In this document: piece by piece, positions 18,316 to 27,373 of the stretch | How positions within the stretch are numbered: position 1 is the first letter of the stretch | How the letters are laid out: every line of letters starts with the position of its first letter | Source of the DNA: an uncultured Staphylococcaceae bacterium | GTDB taxonomy: Bacteria; Bacillota_I; Bacilli_A; RFN20; CAG-826 | DNA length: 34,609 bases | Assembly: GCA_964369015.1 (NCBI GenBank) | Contig: CAYJDS010000003.1 | Span: forward strand, 1 to 34,609 | Reading direction: 5' to 3' | Made by a program: the position numbers and the translations under genes | Notes under the pieces: generated by a model | Database searches by the model: none | Seen by the model: the letters and a program-made list of their open reading frames with translations, nothing else | What the model was told of the DNA's origin: nothing

Positions 18316-19122
18316 ATGAAACAACTCTTGTATACCGATTTAGATAAAACGCTGCTGGTTGATGAAGGTGGTGTTTTAAAAGTTAGTGCCGCGAATATTG
18401 AAAGCATTAAAAAGTTTACTGCGGCGGGGCACTATTTTGGTATTGCGAGTGGGCGAAATTTACAGAACGTAAAATCATTTTTAAAGCCCCTTCTCCCTTA
18501 TATTAATCTTCCTTTTGTCTTAAGTAACGGCAGCGCTGTATATGAGGAAAAAACTGAAGAACTACTTTTTAGTGCTCCTATTTCCGATACTTTTATTCGT
18601 GCCTTTCTTGACTTTTACAAACGGCGGGATGATTTTATTTTTGTTGCGGGTACGTTTGATGGTTATTTGGTCCTTGAAAGAGCGGGTTCAAGTAAACTAC
18701 CAACGATTAGCTTTCCGGTGAATTTTATAAAGGAAGAAGACTTGTTTTCATTACCGATTTTAAAAGTTATGGCTTTTATTAAAAAGGAATACTTTGAAAC
18801 AATCAGTACTGACATTAAAGCATTTGTTGAACCATTTAAGATGAATGTTGAACCGAGCGATAAACAACTTATTGAAATTGTTGGCCCACAGATTGATAAA
18901 GCCCGCGGCATTAAAGAAGCGATAAAAATTAAGGACTTTACTAATTACGAACTAAATACAATTGGTGACTTTTATAATGATATTTCAATGCTAAAAATTG
19001 CTCATTTTAGCGCAGCGCCCGCTGATGCGGCCATGGCGGTAAAAGCAATCGCTAATGTAATTGTGGCAAAACATGATGAAAATGCGGTTAGTGAGTTTAT
19101 TAACTTAATTTTAAAGAAATAA
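18316..19122 (+). CDS. Cof-type HAD-IIB family hydrolase (sugar-phosphate phosphatase-like)
   Basis: Motif I TDLDKTL, motif II ASGR, SNG, motif III DKARG, motif IV IGDFYNDISM. Confidence 0.9.
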   Translation: MKQLLYTDLDKTLLVDEGGVLKVSAANIESIKKFTAAGHYFGIASGRNLQNVKSFLKPLLPYINLPFVLSNGSAVYEEKTEELLFSAPISDTFIRAFLDFYKRRDDFIFVAGTFDGYLVLERAGSSKLPTISFPVNFIKEEDLFSLPILKVMAFIKKEYFETISTDIKAFVEPFKMNVEPSDKQLIEIVGPQIDKARGIKEAIKIKDFTNYELNTIGDFYNDISMLKIAHFSAAPADAAMAVKAIANVIVAKHDENAVSEFINLILKK

Positions 19123-19225
19123 AATTATTTGTCCCTAAGTAATTTTGTGGGAAATATTATGAGGTAATATGACTATATCACTTTCATAAAGTTAAAAGTG
19201 TAAAATTTAGGTTTTCTTGCTTGTA

Positions 19226-20578
19226 TTAAACATATTTACTAAGAAAGTCGTTCCTTTTATTTAGAAAGATAATCGTTGCTTCCCTCGTTACATTTTCAAA
19301 ATAAACATGGCCATAAACACCCATTTCTAAACTAGGAATATAAGCTTCAGAATCGACTCCGACTTCTGTTAAGGCTTCGGCTAATTCTTGCGCTTGATCA
19401 GGCCAAGTTCCACTATTACCGTCAGTTAAAAATGTCGGCGGGAAATCTGCACTAATATAGGTTAATAAATTTGCCTCTTCAACTATTTCCTTATTACTGC
19501 TAATCGCACTTGTTCCTAAAAACCCACCCAGCGCCATTTGAAAGATATAATCACTAACGACTTTGGTTTTTGTCGTCTTCCCCGCGCGAGAAGGATCTAA
19601 GAGGGCTGACTCTAAGACCATTGCTTTAAGTTGTTCCTTTTGTAAAACTGGCGCTAAATCAATTTTACGCGCGTAATCAGGATTAACTTGGGCACTCACA
19701 AAAGAAGTAGCAAGATAGCCCCCTGAACTCTCACCCGCAATAACAATATTATTCATATCAATCCCGTACTCAATTGCGTGTTCTAAAAGAAAACTCATTG
19801 CCTCCGAAACTTGATATGTTTGGACGGGATAGAGATAATCCGGGGCAAAAGCGTGATTAATCGTGACAACGTTATACCCTTCTTCAAGCATATTATTAAA
19901 CGAAACATAAGTGAAGTCTGCAGTCGAGGGATCATCGGGATGAGCGAGGATTTTATCGCCGCGAGTAAAGCCGCCACCATGAATATAGAAAAAAACGGGA
20001 TGTAATTCATTATCGTTAATTGAAATAATGTCCATAAAACTATTCGGGTAGCGCGTCCCATACTTAATATCAACACTATGTTGATACTTAACGTCATCAT
20101 AAATTGGTGACACAATCGTTTGGGGTTCAAAACTATTTTCACCGGCAAAGCGCTTGGTGATTACGGTTGGATCAATTGTAAAATAATTAATGACTGTCGC
20201 GCCGACTAATAAGACGATTCCCAATAAAGAATATGCCCCCCGCAGGGCATTTTTCCACCAGAGTGAAGTTTGCTGGTGCTTTTTGATAACGAAAATGAGC
20301 GAAAGCATTATTAACAATATATAAGCATAGGTTAAGATAATCCACAAGGTAAGATGATTAAATATTAACCAACTGATTAACAAAATCAAGTAAATAAAAG
20401 CCACTGAGCCAAAAGCCCAAAAATCATAATTTGTGCCGATTTTCTTGATAATAAGTAAATTAAGAACCACCGCAATTCCACTAAATATCGCAATATACGG
20501 CGAGTATCTTAAAAGGGTTGCGTTTAAAAGCATTAAGATAATAAAAATTAGCGGGGAGAAATTTTTATAAATCTTCAC
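19226..20578 (-). CDS. Membrane-anchored alpha/beta hydrolase (HSL-family esterase)
   Basis: About 5 N-terminal TM segments; FYIHGGGF oxyanion motif, GESSG nucleophile elbow, C-terminal GHVY; start uncertain (GTG 20578 has GGAG 9 nt upstream; ORF track uses GTG 20593). Confidence 0.8.
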   Translation of the reverse strand: MKIYKNFSPLIFIILMLLNATLLRYSPYIAIFSGIAVVLNLLIIKKIGTNYDFWAFGSVAFIYLILLISWLIFNHLTLWIILTYAYILLIMLSLIFVIKKHQQTSLWWKNALRGAYSLLGIVLLVGATVINYFTIDPTVITKRFAGENSFEPQTIVSPIYDDVKYQHSVDIKYGTRYPNSFMDIISINDNELHPVFFYIHGGGFTRGDKILAHPDDPSTADFTYVSFNNMLEEGYNVVTINHAFAPDYLYPVQTYQVSEAMSFLLEHAIEYGIDMNNIVIAGESSGGYLATSFVSAQVNPDYARKIDLAPVLQKEQLKAMVLESALLDPSRAGKTTKTKVVSDYIFQMALGGFLGTSAISSNKEIVEEANLLTYISADFPPTFLTDGNSGTWPDQAQELAEALTEVGVDSEAYIPSLEMGVYGHVYFENVTREATIIFLNKRNDFLSKYV

Positions 20579-20924
20579 CCTTATTGTCTCCACCTCTTTT
20601 AAATCTTTGCTTCGTATTCGCGTAAATTATCGCAATGACGGTTAATAACATTACAACCACAACATAGCCAATCGTTGACCATAGTAAGTAACGCGTCCCA
20701 AAAACCCCAAGGAGAATCGTAAGAATACCAATAATGAGCATCAATATGCCCGCAAAACGAGTTAATTTCTTTGTATCATAAGTTGCTTTTTCTTCTTTTG
20801 ACATAGTATTATAACCAGCAATTAATGAAGCACCTTTTCCAAGAAAAAAGAAGATTGACATAATAATCATTAGTCCACCAACAACATTTGTACTCACTAA
20901 TAAAATTAGATCGCTTGAATCCAT
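20565..20924 (-). CDS. DUF3784-like small membrane protein
   Basis: Three TM helices with GKG..LIAGYNTM..EEK..YD.KKL signature; SD AAAGGAAG. Confidence 0.75.
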   Translation of the reverse strand: MDSSDLILLVSTNVVGGLMIIMSIFFFLGKGASLIAGYNTMSKEEKATYDTKKLTRFAGILMLIIGILTILLGVFGTRYLLWSTIGYVVVVMLLTVIAIIYANTKQRFKRGGDNKGEDL

Positions 20925-21054
20925 AAAATTCTTCCTTTCTCCTAACTTCTATCTCCTAATTTTACTATATGTAGAGTGGCTATTCAATAAGGAAAGCGCA
21001 AATATAACCTTACTTGATAATCCTTATTGAAAACTAATATTAATTGCCCTTTAA

Positions 21055-21083
21055 TTGCAAAATAGTCATTTTTTCCTTATAAT
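21055..21083 (+). promoter_or_regulatory. Sigma-70/A promoter, probably yielding a leaderless mRNA
   Basis: TTGCAA-17 nt-TATAAT, then 7 nt, then ATG 21091. Confidence 0.65.
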
Positions 21084-21090
21084 AACTTAT

Positions 21091-21444
21091 ATGCAAATTC
21101 AACTATTTATTGAAAAATTTCTAACCGAAACGACCGGACAAACTAGTCCTTCCCTACTTGTTGCGGGCACATTAGTCGTGATTGGCTTTCTTTCAAATTA
21201 TATGCTCAATATTAACTTTCTTAAGCAATTGCGCAGTGGAACTCGCAAACTAAAGCCGCGTGATCTTATCGTTACGGCAATCTTTTTCGGGGGACCGGTG
21301 TTACTACTTTTTTATATGTTTGACGATTACCGCGCTGAAGATAAAGACAATAAAAACCAACTCCTAATTACAGGAATTGTTACTACTGTATTTCAAATTG
21401 CTCTGCTCATTATTTTAGGGGCAACTGGCGTCATTAAGATTTAA
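21091..21444 (+). CDS. Hypothetical small membrane protein (3 TM)
   Basis: Three hydrophobic segments; ATG 21091 preferred because the track's TTG 21055 is the -35 box. Confidence 0.65.
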   Translation: MQIQLFIEKFLTETTGQTSPSLLVAGTLVVIGFLSNYMLNINFLKQLRSGTRKLKPRDLIVTAIFFGGPVLLLFYMFDDYRAEDKDNKNQLLITGIVTTVFQIALLIILGATGVIKI

Positions 21445-22201
21445 GATAATAGCTTAAAAGCTTTAATAATTTATTAGTGTCAACAACTTCTTTAATAACT
21501 ATTTTTGTAGTTGATTCACTACTTAATACTTCGTTTTGTTCAATTTCGAAGTTATTAAGAATCGCACTAAGGCGTTCAATTGGATTAGATTGTATGAAGA
21601 GACGCGATATGCGATAACTAAAACCACTGGTTAATTTTTCTTTAATGTAAGTTTGTAATTCTTTTTTGCTCGCCCTTAATGTATCAAGAAAGATATCAAT
21701 AACTACTTTTTCGCCAATAATAAAGGAAGCTTTATTTTCAATGACGTCCGCGAGTGCTACTTCGCCACAAAACTTTTCTAATTCCTTGATTCTAGTGTTA
21801 GCGAGACTATTAATTGCATCATTGATAATGATGAAATCTTCAGCCTTTATTTGTAAGAAATTAATAAGTGCTTCGACATTAGTATTTTCATCAACCGGAA
21901 TAATTGTTTTTAGCTCGTCACTCCCAAGAAAACGGACATTTTTAATTTTAAAATAGCCATCAATATTCATTAATTCTGCTGTTTCACCAAAATAAAAATA
22001 ATAGTCGGCACTATTAACCTCTTCAGTAGTAACTAAAAAGTTTTGATTAGCTTTAAGCGTTGGAAAGGAATGCAAATATTTAGTGTTTGTCGCGACAACA
22101 ACCTCATTTTGCGGGTGTTTTAGGATAAAAACACGGAGAGCATTTGCTAACTCACTTAGTTTAATGTTAGTTTCGTCGTTTATTACAAATACTATTTTCA
22201 T
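21434..22201 (-). CDS. Hypothetical protein, possibly a highly degenerate PlsX-fold protein
   Basis: Strong SD AAGGAGGT; 255-aa open frame; by-eye register match to the PlsX C-terminal half, conserved motifs absent. Confidence 0.6.
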   Translation of the reverse strand: MKIVFVINDETNIKLSELANALRVFILKHPQNEVVVATNTKYLHSFPTLKANQNFLVTTEEVNSADYYFYFGETAELMNIDGYFKIKNVRFLGSDELKTIIPVDENTNVEALINFLQIKAEDFIIINDAINSLANTRIKELEKFCGEVALADVIENKASFIIGEKVVIDIFLDTLRASKKELQTYIKEKLTSGFSYRISRLFIQSNPIERLSAILNNFEIEQNEVLSSESTTKIVIKEVVDTNKLLKLLSYYLKS

Positions 22202-22216
22202 GCTGACCTCCTTGGG

Positions 22217-22254
22217 AATAAAATAGCCGCGGCTAAGTTAATTATACCGCGGCT
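22217..22254 (-). terminator. Intrinsic terminator of mglBAC
   Basis: Minus strand AGCCGCGG-14 nt-CCGCGGCT followed by ATTTTATT, about 25 nt after the mglC stop. Confidence 0.65.
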
Positions 22255-22279
22255 CTTAATTTAATCTAGCTAATCTTTA

Positions 22280-24211
22280 TTAACGTTTCTTTAAGTATTT
22301 TAAGGAGTCTAAACAAACCGCGGCCATAATAATAATCCCTTTAAAAATAAATTGGATGTTTGTATCAAGCCCGATGTAAGTTAAACAATATGTTAAACCT
22401 GTGAAGATAATCGTTCCAATGACCGCACCGCGAATCTTACCAATCCCACCACTAAAGCTAATTCCGCCGACAACACAAGCGGCAATCGCGTCTAACTCAG
22501 TTCCTGAACCAGTATTTGGATTAGCACTTCCAACCCGCGCCGCTTCTAAAAAGCCGCCAAAGCCGTACATAATACCAGCAAGGATGAAGATACCAAGGGT
22601 GACGACAAAGACGTTAATTCCGGAAACACTTGCTGCTTCTTGGTTACCACCAACAGCGTACATATATTTACCAAACTTAGTTTTGTTCCAAATAAACCAC
22701 ATGATAACAGTAGCAATTGCGGCATATAGAACGAGCATTAAGTTTCGATATCCAGTGATGGCTGATTTAACTTCAGAATCCATATTAAAGGCTGGAACAG
22801 CACTAAAGGCAATCATAAATAAGCCAAAGATAACAAGTTGAGTTGATAAAGTTGTAATAAATGGGTGCATCTTAAACTTTGCGGTAAAGAAGCCAGCAAT
22901 CGTTGAGAATAAGGTTGTGGCAATAATTGTTACAACCAGGGCAATAACAACCCGTAGTCCCATCGGCATACTTGTGAAATCAAAGGTGATGCCATGAAGA
23001 ACTGAAGGATTCCGCGCGAGAATCAAACACGTTAAACTCGCGGCCATCCCCGTCATCCGTCCAATTGATAAGTCAGTACCACCAATAAGAATAAGCCCGG
23101 CAACACCAAGTGAGAAGAATAACTTCGTCGATGATTGGCCAAGAATTGCTAAAAGGTTATTGAAACTTAATAAACTACCACCACTAACAATAACAGTAAT
23201 GATAAAGAAGAAAATAATAACAAAATAAAGGGCATTTGACATTAAAAACTTGCTTAAATTAAAATTATAAGCGTATGTCTTAACTTTCTTTTCAAAGTTT
23301 TCTTTAAAATTAAAACCATCATCTCTAACAATTGCAGCATACCCGCTTTTAGAAAGAAAGGCATTAAAACGACTATTTTTATATTCATCTCTTGCTTCGT
23401 TTTCTTCGGTTCTAATATCACCTAAAGCAGAACGGTGAATAACGGTATTAGCCCGTTGTTCATGTTTATACTTGTCACTGACTAAATCTAATTCTTTTTT
23501 AATTGCGGCTTTTTCTTTTTCGTCAATCGCTTTTTTTTGACGATCAATCAAGTTGGTCTTAACAGCACTATATTCATCACTCAAAGTTTTTGTACTTTGA
23601 TTGTTCCGTGCTTCTTCGGCATCTTTTTTGGCTTTTATTTCCAGAGAGCGAGCATTAAAAATTTCTCTTTCATGCGCCGAAACATTATTGTAATAATATT
23701 TCCCGATTAACCAGTTATAATTTGCTGAAGCATTAATAAAAGCCTTTTCTATTTTTGCAAAAAGGTTTTTAACCGCTTTTGCTTCTTTCATTGAAATTTT
23801 ATCTTGCTCAAGAATTTCTAATTTTGTTTCTTTATCAATTTGTTTATTTAGTTTTATTTCGCGCATTTCATTAGTAAGTGCATAAATCTTACTACCGCCT
23901 TGTTCACGAATAACTTCAAGAATTTCTTTGTAATTTTTTAAATGACGGTCGTGTTCATACGGATCATTTTCAAAAGTCATTTCTGGACTTAGTTCCGCAA
24001 GTGCAACTGAAGAGTACTCTTCAATAATCCGGATTGCCTCTTTTGTTAATGATTCATACTTGAGCTGATTTTCCTTGTAATCACTACTTGTCTTTTCAAG
24101 ATTCAAATCATTAATCTCATTTAAGATATTTGAAAATTCCTCTCTTAAAAATGGATTAGAATGATTTGGTTTAGGGACACAGAAGACGTCACTATTCTTT
24201 TTTTCCGCCAT
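22280..24211 (-). CDS. mglC: Galactose/glucose ABC permease with long N-terminal soluble extension
   Basis: C-terminal ~320 aa: GGTDLSIGR, MHPFITTL, TKFGKY.YAVGGN..AA.VSGI, ELDAIAACVVGGISFSGG.G; N-terminal ~320 aa charged and helical. Confidence 0.88.
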   Translation of the reverse strand: MAEKKNSDVFCVPKPNHSNPFLREEFSNILNEINDLNLEKTSSDYKENQLKYESLTKEAIRIIEEYSSVALAELSPEMTFENDPYEHDRHLKNYKEILEVIREQGGSKIYALTNEMREIKLNKQIDKETKLEILEQDKISMKEAKAVKNLFAKIEKAFINASANYNWLIGKYYYNNVSAHEREIFNARSLEIKAKKDAEEARNNQSTKTLSDEYSAVKTNLIDRQKKAIDEKEKAAIKKELDLVSDKYKHEQRANTVIHRSALGDIRTEENEARDEYKNSRFNAFLSKSGYAAIVRDDGFNFKENFEKKVKTYAYNFNLSKFLMSNALYFVIIFFFIITVIVSGGSLLSFNNLLAILGQSSTKLFFSLGVAGLILIGGTDLSIGRMTGMAASLTCLILARNPSVLHGITFDFTSMPMGLRVVIALVVTIIATTLFSTIAGFFTAKFKMHPFITTLSTQLVIFGLFMIAFSAVPAFNMDSEVKSAITGYRNLMLVLYAAIATVIMWFIWNKTKFGKYMYAVGGNQEAASVSGINVFVVTLGIFILAGIMYGFGGFLEAARVGSANPNTGSGTELDAIAACVVGGISFSGGIGKIRGAVIGTIIFTGLTYCLTYIGLDTNIQFIFKGIIIMAAVCLDSLKYLKKR

Positions 24212-24232
24212 GATGTATTCTCCTTCTAAAAA

Positions 24233-25741
24233 TTATAAGTTTTTGGCACAAAGTTTAAGTAATTGGGCTTCAGTTGCGGCTTTGGTCATTATTTCTCCAG
24301 CAACTTGATAGTTTGACAAAACGATAATTCTATTAGTTACACCAAGAATTTCCGGCATTTCACTCGAAACCATAATAACACTTTTACCTTGGTTAGCTAA
24401 ATCAACCATTAATTGATAAATCTGATATTTTGCCATAACGTCAATTCCGCGCGTTGGTTCATCCATTAAAAAGATATCAGGATTTCTTTCTAACCACTTA
24501 CCAACAATAACTTTTTGTTGATTTCCGCCCGACAAGCTTGAAATTAAGTCATATTGGTCATTACATTTAACCATCATCTTCTTAATTTTTTCTTTTGCCG
24601 CGGTATTCATCATTTTGCTTGATACAACACCAAAATTAGAAAACTTATCAATACTAGTAATACATGTATTGTAAGTTAAGTCGCCTTTTGCATACATCCC
24701 ATTAACCTTACGTTCTTCAGTAACAAAAGCAAAGTTAGCATCCATCGCTTCTTTTGAATTTTTAAAGAATATTTTACGGTCACGGTAAGTTACGTCAAAT
24801 TCGGAAACGGTCCGAACCCCAAACATAGCTTCAAGTAATTCAGTTCTTCCAGAACCAACTAGACCGTAAATGCCGAGGATTTCACCTTTGCGTAAATTAA
24901 AGTTAATATTTTTTAGTTGTGGTTTATATCGAGTTGATAATTTATGGACTTCGAGAACTACTTCGCCGGGGACATTTGTTAGTTCAGGGAAACGACTATC
25001 AAGTGAGCGGCCAATCATTGCGGCCACAACTTCGTCAAAATTCGAATCTTTAATTTCTTTATCAAGCGTCACTTTACCATCACGCAAAACAACAATATCA
25101 TCACACAAATTAAAGACTTCATCCATTTTATGAGAAATAAAGATAAAACTAATATTTTTCTCTTTTTGCAATTTCCGGACGACATTGAAAAGCTTTTGTA
25201 CTTCACGTTCCGAAAGCGAACTCGTTGGTTCATCAAGAACAATTACTTTTGAATTGTAACTAGTGGCTTTAGCAATTTCCACCATTTGTCGTTGGGAAAC
25301 AGACATTGTACGCATAATTGTATGCGGATCATAATTTAGATCAAGTTCTCGTAAAAAAACACGACATCTTTCTACCATTGCTTTTTCATTAACAATTGGT
25401 CCAAAACCGAAGTAACGGCCTAAGAACATGTTATCAACAATTGAAAGATCGACACATTGATTAAGTTCTTGGTGAACCATAGCAATACCGTGTTCAAGCG
25501 CGTGTTTTGGATTTGTAAAATTAATTGGCATTCCATCTAAAACGATTTCGCCACTATCTTCTTCATAAATACCAAAAAGACACTTCATCAGTGTTGATTT
25601 ACCTGCACCGTTTTCACCCATTAAGCCGACAATATGGCCGGGCTTAATATTAATGTTTACGTTTTTGAGAACTTTATTGTTCCCAAAACTTTTTGCAATA
25701 TTTCTTATTTCTAAAATATATTCGTTTTTGTTTGTTTCCAT
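24233..25741 (-). CDS. mglA: Galactose/glucose ABC transporter double-domain ATPase
   Basis: GENGAGKSTLMKCLFG, MVHQELN, LDEPTSSL, LSGGNQQK, DEPTRGID, SSEMPE. Confidence 0.93.
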   Translation of the reverse strand: METNKNEYILEIRNIAKSFGNNKVLKNVNINIKPGHIVGLMGENGAGKSTLMKCLFGIYEEDSGEIVLDGMPINFTNPKHALEHGIAMVHQELNQCVDLSIVDNMFLGRYFGFGPIVNEKAMVERCRVFLRELDLNYDPHTIMRTMSVSQRQMVEIAKATSYNSKVIVLDEPTSSLSEREVQKLFNVVRKLQKEKNISFIFISHKMDEVFNLCDDIVVLRDGKVTLDKEIKDSNFDEVVAAMIGRSLDSRFPELTNVPGEVVLEVHKLSTRYKPQLKNINFNLRKGEILGIYGLVGSGRTELLEAMFGVRTVSEFDVTYRDRKIFFKNSKEAMDANFAFVTEERKVNGMYAKGDLTYNTCITSIDKFSNFGVVSSKMMNTAAKEKIKKMMVKCNDQYDLISSLSGGNQQKVIVGKWLERNPDIFLMDEPTRGIDVMAKYQIYQLMVDLANQGKSVIMVSSEMPEILGVTNRIIVLSNYQVAGEIMTKAATEAQLLKLCAKNL

Positions 25742-25769
25742 ATTTTATACTTCTATTCCCATATTATAT

Positions 25770-25800
25770 GACAAACCCGCGAGAATGTCACGGGTTTGTC
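25770..25800 (-). other. Intergenic stem-loop after mglB (mRNA stabiliser or partial terminator)
   Basis: GACAAACCCG-11 nt-CGGGTTTGTC perfect 10-bp arms, no U-tract on the minus strand. Confidence 0.6.
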
Positions 25801-25830
25801 TATTATTTTTACTTAGAGATTATTAATTAA

Positions 25831-27081
25831 TTATTTGGCAAGATCTTTGAAATAATCAACGATCATTTCACCTTGGAGTTGACCACCTTGAATGGCATCA
25901 AAGCCGACGTAGTATAAGTGGGTGAATCCTTCGGTGTGCATAACTGGAATATCGACTGCTCCGCTTTCAAGCGTTGGTTGACGGTTCCAGAAGACGACTG
26001 GTGGCATTGGATTGGTTCCATAAGCAGTTTTAATTGCACTTAAGTAAGAAGCAGCTGCGGTTGTTTTAACGAGGTTAATAACATATGCTTTTGCTCTTTC
26101 TGCTAATGGTTTTGTTAATTCGGTTGCTAATTTATCAAGAACGCTTGATTCAGCATTTCCGTCGCCATCGATAACATCGATCTCAAGGTTAAGGTTAGCT
26201 TTGTAGGCTTGGAATAAAGGTTTAACGGTTGAGGTTAAGAATGTATCACTTGCGCTGTAAGTATTTAACCAAACACGTGCACTAGCGGTTGTTCCTTTTG
26301 TAACGCCTTTATCAGCAGTTTGCGCAACTGGAATTCCAGCATAGTCGTTAACGTTTGCAGCAGTGATTTTGAAGTTATCAACGAGTAAGGATTGATCTTT
26401 GCCTGCGCCGGTATTAGCGGTGAAGCCAGAGGAGATTTTTCCATAACCATTTGAACTTGTTTCACTAAAGCCTTTTTTAACAGCATCAGCAGGAGTTAAT
26501 CCATCAATTGCGTTACGCGCAACCATTAAGATCCCAGCAGCTTGTGCTTGGGCGTTTTGGTTGATTGTACCCATGATTTTGCCTTCTTTAATATAATCAA
26601 GAGTTGAGGCATTGGAGTCGTAACCAAAGATTGGCATTCCTGAAATCCAGTTTGAAGCACCGATTGCGCCTTCGGCCATACCGTCATTATTAGAAACGAT
26701 AAAGTCTAGTTTAGAATGTTTGTTAAGCCATCCTTCGACTGTGCTTGTAGCGGTTTGTTGGTCCCAAGTTGCACCAGCTGTATTTCTTTGTTCAGCGTGT
26801 TCAACTTCTTTGACCTTATATTCTTTGCCGCCTAAGGTGAGTTTGCCTTCGACTGGAGATTCAGCATTCCAGTTGAGTAATTGCGTACCACGGGTGCCGA
26901 GTGCATTACGAATACCACCGGTCCGAGCCGCGCTGTCGTTATGGTCAATTTGACCAATTAAGAGGGCGTATTGTAATTCGCCATCTGCGCTTGCGTTTTC
27001 CCATGACCAATTGGCTTTGGGGCCACATGCGACTAGAGTCAAGCCTAAAACTAGGCCGAGTAAAGGAAACGATTTTTTCAT
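25831..27081 (-). CDS. mglB: Glucose/galactose-binding lipoprotein, circularly permuted MglB
   Basis: Lipobox LVA-C; H.D..ART, WD, SNNDGMA.GA come first; INLV, PVVF.N..P, YYVG.D..G..QG come last; SD GGAGGT. Confidence 0.88.
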   Translation of the reverse strand: MKKSFPLLGLVLGLTLVACGPKANWSWENASADGELQYALLIGQIDHNDSAARTGGIRNALGTRGTQLLNWNAESPVEGKLTLGGKEYKVKEVEHAEQRNTAGATWDQQTATSTVEGWLNKHSKLDFIVSNNDGMAEGAIGASNWISGMPIFGYDSNASTLDYIKEGKIMGTINQNAQAQAAGILMVARNAIDGLTPADAVKKGFSETSSNGYGKISSGFTANTGAGKDQSLLVDNFKITAANVNDYAGIPVAQTADKGVTKGTTASARVWLNTYSASDTFLTSTVKPLFQAYKANLNLEIDVIDGDGNAESSVLDKLATELTKPLAERAKAYVINLVKTTAAASYLSAIKTAYGTNPMPPVVFWNRQPTLESGAVDIPVMHTEGFTHLYYVGFDAIQGGQLQGEMIVDYFKDLAK

Positions 27082-27178
27082 AAATCTTTTTTACCTCCAT
27101 TTTTCCTTTTTTAACTGAGTGGTGAACTTGACGTCAACCACCTTTGTTAACTATATTTTGATATTATTTTTAATGTTT

Positions 27179-27192
27179 TGCAAGCGTTTACA
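27179..27192. promoter_or_regulatory. cre-like/LacI-family operator overlapping the putative mglB -35 box
   Basis: TGCAAGCGTTTACA, one mismatch to TGWNANCGNTNWCA; on the minus strand it overlaps TTGCAA-17 nt-CAAAAT. Confidence 0.55.
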
Positions 27193-27217
27193 TAATTAAA
27201 ATACGTGACTTTATCTT

Positions 27218-27240
27218 AGAGATATATACAATATATCTCT
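27218..27240. repeat. Perfect 10-bp inverted repeat in the mglB-galR divergent region
   Basis: AGAGATATAT-ACA-ATATATCTCT; function unknown. Confidence 0.5.
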
Positions 27241-27373
27241 TTAGTCTCTAAAATATTGTTATTTCATTGATTTTTTGATATGAATACCTGTTCATCATTT
27301 TTTAAATCAGAAACCACTTCTTTTCGCTCGTTTAATCGATACAATAATAGTGCTATAAAAAACTCTTGATACC

